NCBI GenBank assembly: GCA_049414405.1
Contig: JBMSAQ010000013.1
Coordinates: forward strand, 1 to 20,243
Direction of reading: 5' to 3'
DNA length: 20,243 nucleotides
Origin: Candidatus Nanopusillus sp.
GTDB taxonomy: Archaea; Nanobdellota; Nanobdellia; Nanobdellales; Nanobdellaceae
The notes beneath the pieces are model-generated. The model searched no databases. It saw nothing but the letters and a program-made list of their open reading frames with translations, and was not told where the DNA came from. Numbering within the stretch: position 1 is the first letter of the stretch; every line of letters begins with the position of its first letter. The translations under genes were made by a program, and so were the position numbers. Positions 7,084 through 15,700 of the stretch are shown piece by piece.

Positions 7084-7117
7084 ATACTTATATATTTCCT
7101 CACATATATATAAATAT
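7084..7117. promoter_or_regulatory. 34-bp back-to-back divergent promoter region
   Basis: ttatatat (7087-7094) lies about 27 nt upstream of the ATG at 7118 on the plus strand. atttatatatat (complement of 7103-7114) lies about 25-26 nt upstream of the ATG at 7083 on the minus strand. Each TATA box abuts the start codon of the opposite gene. Confidence 0.45.
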
Positions 7118-7567
7118 ATGGTAAAAGTATTTGATAAACCCCAAATTTTTGAAGAACAAACTATTATAGAATTTGATTTAGATGAATCAAAGCCAAACAT
7201 ATCAACAAAGTATTTTTATAATGGGATTGAAGTAAATTATGCAAAATATTATTTATTACATTTGCAAATAAGAGAGGTTGTATTTAAAAAATTTCTAGAA
7301 TTAAAAACAAAGGAAAGTGGAAATAATTATGGAGTTATTTTTACAGGTTTACATATATTCAGAACAAAAATAGAAAGAAATTTACATTTATTAGCCCAGG
7401 CTGATATTGTAAAATTTGAAAAAACTACGGAAATACAAAAAGAAGGCAATAAAATAAGAATAATTTTAAATATGAGAGAAGTTTACCCAAATGTTTGGGA
7501 ATTTAAGCCAAAAGATATAGATAAAGAATTAGAAAAAGGTTTAATTGATTATATTACAAATAGATAA
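7118..7567 (+). CDS. hypothetical soluble protein (149 aa)
   Basis: An ORF with balanced composition and appropriate promoter spacing. The next gene starts 2 nt after its stop. Confidence 0.6.
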   Translation: MVKVFDKPQIFEEQTIIEFDLDESKPNISTKYFYNGIEVNYAKYYLLHLQIREVVFKKFLELKTKESGNNYGVIFTGLHIFRTKIERNLHLLAQADIVKFEKTTEIQKEGNKIRIILNMREVYPNVWEFKPKDIDKELEKGLIDYITNR

Positions 7568-7569
7568 AT

Positions 7570-8034
7570 ATGGAAAATACATATTCCATACCATACAATC
7601 CCAATACTATAGATTTAAGGCATTATATGTTACCCATGATTGCAAATTTAATAAATGAAATAGTTAACTATAAAGTTACTGTATCACGTAATTATGTTGT
7701 TTTAGATAGAGAATATATAAATAAAGTCGGAGAATTAATATCTTTAGCGAGACTATATATAGAGGCATCTATAGAAAAAGCCGAATATAAAAAAGCAAAA
7801 GAATTTTTAAAAGAAAGTAAAGAAAAGCTATTACTTTATGATTTATATATTAAACAAGGAAATATTAGTTATATAACAATATCTACAATTTTAGAAGATA
7901 TAATAGGGATAATTAATAGAGTAACTGGATCATATTCTGCAGGCAGTATTTATGAGGAATCTAATACTGAAGAATTCATAAATAGAGAAGAAAAAGAAGA
8001 CACTAATAAACCTAAAAGACTTGACTTAAGATGA
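7570..8034 (+). CDS. hypothetical soluble helical protein (154 aa), acidic C-terminus
   Basis: It has an ATGA overlap with the next gene at 8031-8034. It shows weak similarity to the 5574 and 8031 products (REYINKV...LYI versus EYEITKV...YYI). Confidence 0.6.
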   Translation: MENTYSIPYNPNTIDLRHYMLPMIANLINEIVNYKVTVSRNYVVLDREYINKVGELISLARLYIEASIEKAEYKKAKEFLKESKEKLLLYDLYIKQGNISYITISTILEDIIGIINRVTGSYSAGSIYEESNTEEFINREEKEDTNKPKRLDLR

Positions 8035-8363
8035 GTTTTTTAAAAGAAAATTTTAGAAATATTGTTTTAAGCCATATTTTAGACTTTGAAATATCTTATG
8101 TTACGGCAAAAACGCATTTAACAACAGACACCATTCAAGAATTAAAACGTAAAATTTTAATGTTGTTATTTGACTACTATAATATTGTATCTTTATTTGA
8201 AAATGATGAAAGAATTAAAAAAGAAAAATTTGATAGCATAAAACAATTTGAAGATACCATTCTAAAATTACCTATCTATTGGGATTCTTTAGATGAGATT
8301 AGGAATGTATATACACAAATCATAAAACGCATTAATGAATATTTATTTAAAGAAGAAACTTAA
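8031..8363 (+). CDS. hypothetical soluble helical protein (110 aa), likely paralog of the 5574-6005 product
   Basis: FRNIVLSHILDFE aligns with IRNLIIKHVVEEL. ELKRKILMLLFDYYNI aligns with EITKVIRESIKRSYYI at identical spacing. Confidence 0.6.
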   Translation: MSFLKENFRNIVLSHILDFEISYVTAKTHLTTDTIQELKRKILMLLFDYYNIVSLFENDERIKKEKFDSIKQFEDTILKLPIYWDSLDEIRNVYTQIIKRINEYLFKEET

Positions 8364-8432
8364 CCAAATATATTAATATATTAATATATTTTTATAGCAA
8401 ATCTAATATACTGCTAACAATAATATAATATT
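8364..8432 (+). promoter_or_regulatory. promoter region of the structural-type module
   Basis: A 69-nt A/T-only intergenic region with tandem atattaat units and TATA-like elements (tttttatag at 8389-8397, ctaatatac at 8403-8411). The latter is about 26 nt upstream of the ATG at 8433. Confidence 0.4.
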
Positions 8433-8840
8433 ATGAACTGGTGGGCAGCAATGTTCATAGATTTGTTGATCGTAATATTAGTAACAGGTATGATAGCAAC
8501 ACTAGCAATAAATATATTGGGTGTATTTGGTACAGCATTATTACCAATGTCAGTAAGGCAATTAGGAAATGGTTTTGATCAATTAGGGCAATTAAACGCC
8601 ACTTATGGAAGTGACCCAGCTGTGGCAGCACTTGTTAATTCATTAAGAAATAATATGGTTACTATAGTAAATGATCAGGTACAGGGAACAACTCAAGCTG
8701 TTACCGGATTAAATCAAGCAATTCAATTCTACATAGGATTAGTACCTGTAGTAGTAATATTAGTAATTGCTGGAGCATTCATTGGAATTGTATTACAATT
8801 CGCTGGTGGAATGTATAGGCAAGTAGCTGTGACAGTCTAA
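8433..8840 (+). CDS. candidate major capsid/structural protein (135 aa) with two hydrophobic helices flanking a polar Gly/Gln/Asn/Thr core
   Basis: The N-terminal hydrophobic segment is FIDLLIVILVTGMIATLAINILGVFGTALLP. The C-terminal segment is FYIGLVPVVVILVIAGAFIGIVLQFAGG. This architecture and the LVP-containing second helix resemble SSV1 VP1-type capsid proteins. The gene has visibly higher GC and different codon choice, its own promoter, and T-tracts downstream. Confidence 0.5.
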   Translation: MNWWAAMFIDLLIVILVTGMIATLAINILGVFGTALLPMSVRQLGNGFDQLGQLNATYGSDPAVAALVNSLRNNMVTIVNDQVQGTTQAVTGLNQAIQFYIGLVPVVVILVIAGAFIGIVLQFAGGMYRQVAVTV

Positions 8841-8848
8841 GGCTAAAA

Positions 8849-8866
8849 TTTTCCTTAATTTTTTCT
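8849..8866 (+). terminator. putative oligo-T attenuator/terminator after the capsid-like gene
   Basis: T-tracts tttt (8849-8852) and tttttt (8859-8864) lie between the stop at 8840 and the next ATG at 8868. Archaeal termination uses oligo-T signals. Confidence 0.3.
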
Positions 8867-8867
8867 T

Positions 8868-9365
8868 ATGTCTAAATATGTATACTTTAAGAATATTTAT
8901 TTTGGAAAAGATTCTTTAGCCAAAATTTTCTATGATAAAGATAAAATAGAAGATTCTTTAGATTATAATGCCGTAGTTGTTTCATTCTTAATAGATGCTG
9001 CAGATATTTTAAATCAAAATGCCATATTATCACGTATTGCATATTATGATGGTACTAACATAAGACCTATTTTAATGGAATGGAATAAAGAAACAATTGC
9101 CGGACGTACTAAAATTTTAATGGATTTAGGTAATATTTATGATAAAAATACAAAAGATTTATTAAAACACTTTTTAAATCAACTAAATGCTGATGATAAT
9201 TATGTAAAATCTTTAGCTTTATATTTAGCTGTTATTATTGCATCTAAAAAAGGTTTGGGTCTACATCATCAACAAATCTACGATAGGATAAATTATCTTA
9301 AATCAATTGGAATAGTTGAATCGGTTGAAAAGGTAAAAAAATTATACGAATTATATAAAAGATGA
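8868..9365 (+). CDS. hypothetical soluble protein (165 aa)
   Basis: An ORF with an ATGA overlap to the 1001-aa gene. I recognise no motifs. Confidence 0.6.
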   Translation: MSKYVYFKNIYFGKDSLAKIFYDKDKIEDSLDYNAVVVSFLIDAADILNQNAILSRIAYYDGTNIRPILMEWNKETIAGRTKILMDLGNIYDKNTKDLLKHFLNQLNADDNYVKSLALYLAVIIASKKGLGLHHQQIYDRINYLKSIGIVESVEKVKKLYELYKR

Positions 9366-12300
9366 GCAATACATTATTATCAAATCAACAGGATAATGTC
9401 CAAAGAATACAATTAATGGATACATCTTCAGCCGTAAATTCTGCTTTAAGTCAATATGGTTATACTTTATCATATGGTGATACTGAAAGACTTAAAAGTT
9501 TACAACCCGGCCAAACTACGACTGTATATGCAACCGGTAATAGATACGGAGCTATATTAGAAGTAACTTATCATAATGATGGTACTTATACTATTAGATC
9601 TACAACCCCATTAAATGTAAGTGGCCAATGGATAGATATAAATCAAACCGTAAGGTCTCCTACAGTTACAGTAGGTTATTCTAGTGGTAATATTCAATAT
9701 ATTGCTACTACAGGATATTCTACTACAGGGAACGTATATTTAAGAGAATCGGGTACTCCAGGTAGTACTACTTTAGCTACATATAATGTTAATGTGAGCG
9801 TACCTATTACACATCAAATAACGGATACAGAAATAAGATTTAGTCCGGGCACCCCTCAAGTAACTACTACTTTACAATCTATAAATATACCTTCTCCAAC
9901 TCAAGAACAATTACAAAATAGAGCAATAACTCAATCACAAATAAACAATAATTTACTTTTTAGTTATTCATCTTTACCTGAAAATAATTTGTGGTTTGGT
10001 TATTCACGCATGCCATCAACAAATACCCAAACTACTAATGTTAATGCTAATAATCAAACAAATTTATTTAATAATCCAATAATTAATACAATAACATCTT
10101 TGCCCGTAATTAGAAACGTATATAATGTAGGTAGAAATGTTTATCATACAATGTCATCTATGGATTGGGGAGATGTTTGGAAAAGGCTTAATCAACCAGA
10201 ATTACGTACGCCATCAGGAGAAAGGGCTAATGTTATTTCTTTTACAATGCCACCAATTGGTCCTGCGAGTGCTACAGGAATTACAAATATATTTAGAGCC
10301 GGTGGAAATACTTTAAGATCTACATCTTTAAGTAGTCCTACGGTAAGGGAATTAGCCAAAGAATACGCTATAAATACTGCCGGATTTACGGCATTAAGTT
10401 TAGGGATTAATGAAGCTCATAGTAGGTTAACAACCGGTGAAGGTTTAACTGCCGAACAAGCAAAGCGAATAATTGGTGAATCCGTTGCTTTTGCGATACC
10501 ATTTACTACATTTGCTAAAGGTTTTTCATTAGCATCTCATCCGGTATTAAGTACTTTTGTAAAAGAACAAACATCACCCACAAAAGCAATATTAGCAAAA
10601 TCTTTATATGATGTGGGTGGTGGTTTTGTATCAGGTACTGGTGCGAGTTTTGTAAGTCAAGGATTTAGTAAAGCAATGGGCTGGAGAGAAGATATTAACC
10701 CATATGAAGCTTTAGCAATGGGTTCATTTACTGGGGGTACTACTGCAGCAATTAGAGGTTTTCAAGTATTACATGCAGCAAAAACTGGAAACTATGGCGC
10801 ATTTGCCACTAGAATAATTCCAGAAGAAATTAAAGATGTGAGTTTAACCCCTATTTCTACTGTGGTTTCTAAAGATGGATCTATAATAACATATTATGCC
10901 GGTAAAGCCATAGGACAGCCACAAATTGGTCAAAAAGTATTAACACAAAAAGATATACCAAATATAAAACCAATTGAATATCAATTTTTAGCAATGGAAA
11001 GATTAGAACCAATTTTGCCTAAAACAGAACCCATAGGAAATGCATTTATGACTACAATGGGTTATAGAGGTGAATTTATAGCACAAGCTGGTGTAAAAAG
11101 AACAATTGGAAAAACAGAAGGTGAACTTATGGGTTTATTTGTACCCACAGAAAAAATAAGTCCTAGAGACTATGAATTATGGGTCCGAGCTAATTTTAAA
11201 GATTTAATTAAAAAACATCCCGAATTTATTCAATCAAAAGACGTACCTAAAGAAGGTTTACAACTTTCAAAACAAATGTTAGAGGGTAAACCCATAAAAG
11301 AAATAGAAAACCCAAATGTTAAAACCCTTAATATATATTATCCATTATCTGAATTACAAACTAGAAATGTAGATTTTAGTAAAAATATAGCCGGTTATAT
11401 TGTGTTTAGGTCTAGAGGGGGTATTAACTTACCTAAAGGAGAACATTATGAATATGTAAAAGAAGGGGTGGGTTTAGCTTATTATGTTGGGGGGGATAAA
11501 AATCAATTAGCTCAAATAGCCACAACATGGGGAATTATGCGTGATCAATATAAAAAAGGATGGTTTGGTACCCATCAATATGTTTCCGTAGGATCCCCAG
11601 AAAGAGGTTTTAATGTATTTGGTTATGGTAAAGCTGTGGATCCAGTAGGGGTGGAATTAACCTTAACTAAAACCATTGAAAGAACAACCAATATAAAAGG
11701 TGTGCCATTAAAAAACAAACAAATAGAGCAAATAGCAGAACAACAATTAAAACAATTATTAGCATATTCCTCTGAGAGAGTAATACCACCTTATTATAAC
11801 CCAAAGGCACCCCCAGCTTTCGGTATACCATCATTAAATATCATTAATGTTAATCAACAATTATTACCAAATTTGAATAACATTATAAGACCTGAATTTA
11901 ATATGGAAAAATTAAAGGAAAGGGTTACCCAAACCATGCCAAAATTAGATGTAGTCCAAACAACGCAAAATGTTAGGCAAAATATAATTTTACCATTTCA
12001 AGGATTAAGATCTTTACAATTACAAGGATTGCAAACCCAACAACGGATAGGTCAACAAAGAATAATAGCACGTGATCTAATAGTAACGTATGATATTTAT
12101 AGAAGTACAATACCAAAACCAATGGTTACTATGGATGTTAAAACTATTAGAATAAACCCTCCACCACCAATAGAACCAACATTCATACCAATAAGACCTA
12201 GAATAGCCCCCATACCACCATCATCAAGGCCTCCTTTCATACCACCATTCTTACCACCAATGGTACCACGCATAGGTCCATCTCAACCAGGTCCACCAAT

Positions 12301-12367
12301 ACCATTAGGCAGAGCTAAAAAGGTTGAATTAGATGTGGTTTATACATTTAATAGGTTATGGGGATAA
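9362..12367 (+). CDS. large structural-type protein (1001 aa): Ser/Thr-rich N-terminal region, Gly/Ala-rich amphipathic core, Gln-rich then Pro-rich C-terminus
   Basis: A long uninterrupted ORF with higher GC. The central segment is GFTALSLGINE...GGGFVSGTGASFVSQGFSKAMGW...GSFTGGTTAAIRGF. The C-terminal segment is PPPPIEPTFIPIRPRIAPIPPSSRPPFIPPFLPPMVPRIGPSQPGPPIPLG. No signal peptide is seen. Confidence 0.75.
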   Translation: MSNTLLSNQQDNVQRIQLMDTSSAVNSALSQYGYTLSYGDTERLKSLQPGQTTTVYATGNRYGAILEVTYHNDGTYTIRSTTPLNVSGQWIDINQTVRSPTVTVGYSSGNIQYIATTGYSTTGNVYLRESGTPGSTTLATYNVNVSVPITHQITDTEIRFSPGTPQVTTTLQSINIPSPTQEQLQNRAITQSQINNNLLFSYSSLPENNLWFGYSRMPSTNTQTTNVNANNQTNLFNNPIINTITSLPVIRNVYNVGRNVYHTMSSMDWGDVWKRLNQPELRTPSGERANVISFTMPPIGPASATGITNIFRAGGNTLRSTSLSSPTVRELAKEYAINTAGFTALSLGINEAHSRLTTGEGLTAEQAKRIIGESVAFAIPFTTFAKGFSLASHPVLSTFVKEQTSPTKAILAKSLYDVGGGFVSGTGASFVSQGFSKAMGWREDINPYEALAMGSFTGGTTAAIRGFQVLHAAKTGNYGAFATRIIPEEIKDVSLTPISTVVSKDGSIITYYAGKAIGQPQIGQKVLTQKDIPNIKPIEYQFLAMERLEPILPKTEPIGNAFMTTMGYRGEFIAQAGVKRTIGKTEGELMGLFVPTEKISPRDYELWVRANFKDLIKKHPEFIQSKDVPKEGLQLSKQMLEGKPIKEIENPNVKTLNIYYPLSELQTRNVDFSKNIAGYIVFRSRGGINLPKGEHYEYVKEGVGLAYYVGGDKNQLAQIATTWGIMRDQYKKGWFGTHQYVSVGSPERGFNVFGYGKAVDPVGVELTLTKTIERTTNIKGVPLKNKQIEQIAEQQLKQLLAYSSERVIPPYYNPKAPPAFGIPSLNIINVNQQLLPNLNNIIRPEFNMEKLKERVTQTMPKLDVVQTTQNVRQNIILPFQGLRSLQLQGLQTQQRIGQQRIIARDLIVTYDIYRSTIPKPMVTMDVKTIRINPPPPIEPTFIPIRPRIAPIPPSSRPPFIPPFLPPMVPRIGPSQPGPPIPLGRAKKVELDVVYTFNRLWG

Positions 12368-12379
12368 TAATATAATAGG

Positions 12380-12790
12380 ATGAGAGCTATAGGGTCATTA
12401 ATATTAAAAGTAACCGTAGTTATATTATTAGTAATATTTATAGGTATTTTAGCGATGGTCTTATCTACAGTTTTTAATACAACATCAATTTTAGCTGGGG
12501 TCGGGTATACGGCGCAATATAGTGCATATGGTATTTCTTATAAAAATTGTTTAAGTAATGCTAATTTTTACGGATATAATGCATCCGTATGTGATAATTT
12601 GCTTAATGTAACAAATAATACGGCAAACACTTTATTATGGACGGGAAATTATGCAGGAACTTTTTCAAATCCTATGTTATGGGCTATAATATTTATTATT
12701 ATAACTGCGGGGTTATATGTTACGTCAATACAGGCAGTACAATTTGGGCAAAAGATAACCGTAGTAAAAACTAGAAGAAAAAGAAAATGA
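12380..12790 (+). CDS. membrane protein (136 aa) with N- and C-terminal hydrophobic helices, a glycosylation-sequon-bearing core and a basic tail; candidate minor structural protein
   Basis: The helices are LILKVTVVILLVIFIGILAMVLSTVF and MLWAIIFIIITAGLYVTSI. The core carries sequons (NAS, NVT, NNT) and the tail is KTRRKRK. It has an ATGA overlap with the 1131-aa gene. Confidence 0.6.
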   Translation: MRAIGSLILKVTVVILLVIFIGILAMVLSTVFNTTSILAGVGYTAQYSAYGISYKNCLSNANFYGYNASVCDNLLNVTNNTANTLLWTGNYAGTFSNPMLWAIIFIIITAGLYVTSIQAVQFGQKITVVKTRRKRK

Positions 12791-15700
12791 TCAAAAAATT
12801 CCTTAAATTATTTGGAATATTTCTTTTAATATTCTTTTCTTATAATGTTTATTCTTTAAACGGATGGCAATATTATAGGCAAATTACAATAAATAACACC
12901 CAAAACCCAAATAATTTAATTGATTATCAGATATTGGTGACTTTAGACACACAATCTTTGATATCACAGGGTAAAATGAAATCGGATTGTGGCGATATAA
13001 GATTCACAGATTCTGATAGAACCACATTATTAAATTATTGGGTAGAATCGGGTACGTGTAACTCACAAAATACTTTTATTTGGGTAAAAGTCCCACTTAT
13101 ACCGGGAAATTCTAATAAAACTATATATTTATGGTATGGAAATCCAAACGCTATAAGTTTAAGTAACGGAGATTTAGTTTTTGAATTCTTTGATGATTTT
13201 GATGGAAATACTTTAAACACATCTAAATGGACCGTGAATGGTTATGATGGGTTTTGGGGGGTTTTTTATAGTGTTTCTAATTCAATGCTTACCATATGGT
13301 CGGATAATAGATGGCGAATTTTAAGAATGAATAGGAATTTTGGACCGAATGATACAATAGCCATCGAAGTAAAATTTAGAAAAACTGCAGCAAGTGCGTG
13401 GCATGTTAATTATTTAGTACAACATAATGGTGCAAATCATAATAGATTAGGACTTAGTGATGAACATTACCCAGGAGATGATATGGGAATACAATTGGTT
13501 GTTAATAATAATTGGTATTATCCGAAAAATTTTGGTTCATTTTCTAATAATGTATGGTATATTTCAAGAATTATAAAAAAAGATAGTACTACTTTATATT
13601 TAGATGTTTTAACTTCAAATAGAGGTTTTATTAATTCATATGAGACTACACAATCGGCATGGTCATCCGTAATATGGACATGGGTTACTTGGCAATTTCA
13701 TAATACTAATGTTACGTATGATTGGGTTTTTGTTAGAAAATATACAAACCCGGAACCAATTATTATTTTAGGATCTGAACATGTGCCTTTAACTTCAACA
13801 ATTTCAGTAAATACATTAACAAATTTCCAATTTAATGTATCTATATATAACCTAATTTCCGAATATGTAAATTACACGGTTTATTTAAATGGTTTAATAT
13901 TAACAACCAATAATATTTCAATAAATGCGTTTCAAACTTTAACAACCCCTCATGAATTTCCTTATTTATTAAATCAATCGGGTACTTATAATTTAACTGT
14001 AATAGCTTATGGGCAAACCTCTAGAGTCACATCTGTTTCAATTGCTATATTTAATATTCAACTAGATCAATTAAATGTAACTTTAGAACCCTATTATACT
14101 TATAATAACATAAACTATACAAATCTTTATAATTCAAACTTAAGGATAACTTATTATTGTATGAGACCTAATAATACTTTAATAATTTATAATAATATAA
14201 CAAATAGAACATTGCAAATTAATTTATCATGTAATTACATACAAACAATAAATAATTTAAGAGTTAATCTTACCCCAATTTTACAAAATAATACTTTAAA
14301 CCATATTAATGGATCATTATTATATGGCAATCAATCATTTAGAAATATAAGCTTTATACCATTATGGAATACATTAAATATAACTTTAACTACAAACATT
14401 CCAGCATTTTCTATATATACATCACCATTAAGTTTAAATTATTCTATAAATGTAAGAGATGTTTTACCAAACGTTGTATGTAATATTACATTATATGATA
14501 ATAATACAATTGTGCAAACACATCAAACAACATTAACAAATGCGTCATCACCAATATATTCATGGACTATATCACAAGCACCAATACATAACCTTAGGTG
14601 GCATATTTATTGTTATAATCCAGTAAATTTAACATATATCATCGATCAAAGGAATGGTACTTTTTACTATAATAGCTTTGATTTTAGAATGGAAGATACT
14701 GGAAATGTACCATCAAATATATCTTATTCATTATCATTAATGTGTAACAATGGTACTACTATTTATTCAAATGCAAATATGACTACTTATACAATATATG
14801 CATGGACTAATGATCAATGTAACTTTATATTAGTATCGCAAAATATTCAGGGTATTACTTATACTATGGGTTATAGTACTAATTTATTATCAAGATATTC
14901 ACATCAATGGCCAATATGTTTAATAAATCCACAATTATTGTATTATAGTAATTTAATAGTAGGTAATCAACCATATCAAGATACATTAATAGCAGTATTA
15001 AATCCACAAACAGGATGTTATTTATTAGGATCTTATCTATATTTATTATCATCTAATGTTTATTACGCACCAATATCGGTAAGAACCGGGGCATTATATT
15101 CAATAAGAGTAAATAATACATTTTTAGCGACGGTTCAAGGGCAGCAACAGCAAGCAATTTCTTTAGATTCTTTAATTAGTAGAGTAATAGCATCAAATAA
15201 TCAAACAATAAATCTTATAGTAGGTTATCCTGTAGTTAATTATACAAACGAAAGTGGAGTACCTAAATTAACAATTATTGCGCCAGCAAATATTTCATCG
15301 GCAATAGTAACTATATACCAAAACAACCAAATATATACCAATTATACTTTTGAATCTATAGGTTTGAATATATTAGATATATATTTAAGAGATTTGCCAT
15401 CTAATTATACATTTAGTTCTACAAACTATGTAGTAGTTAAATTAACATATACCAATGGACTTACCCATACTGTTACCTATCCATTTGATTATCTTGAAAG
15501 AATTGCATTACCGGCATTTTTAGTATATTTCTTATCAATAATACTATTATATACATGGATTAGGACTTTTTCTTATTATCAAAAGTTAATTTTCGCAGGC
15601 TTTGGTTTAGTATTAATATTGGCTTTATTAACATCATTTATAATAGATTCTATCGCACCTTTATTCTTAACTGCAGGTATATTTTTATTCTTTATAGCAG

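Noticed and set aside
6766-7200. The full-length 144-aa minus-strand ORF as given in the ORF track
   Set aside because: Its first 39 codons (MFGFDSSKSNSIIVCSS...) run antisense through the start of the 7118-7567 gene and through the promoter-like A/T region. Starting at the internal Met (7083) removes the overlap and gives correct TATA spacing, so I annotate 6766-7083 instead.
8371-8390. The tandem 'atattaat' units upstream of the capsid-like gene as a specific regulatory repeat
   Set aside because: In DNA this AT-rich, short A/T-only tandem units arise easily by chance. I note them only as part of the promoter region and not as a distinct element.
13035-13220. A 61-aa minus-strand ORF inside the 1131-aa gene, plus 15993-16187 (+), 16425-16646 (-) and 20036-20230 (+)
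   Set aside because: They are short shadow or alternative-frame ORFs fully embedded in much longer, motif-supported or operon-consistent genes.
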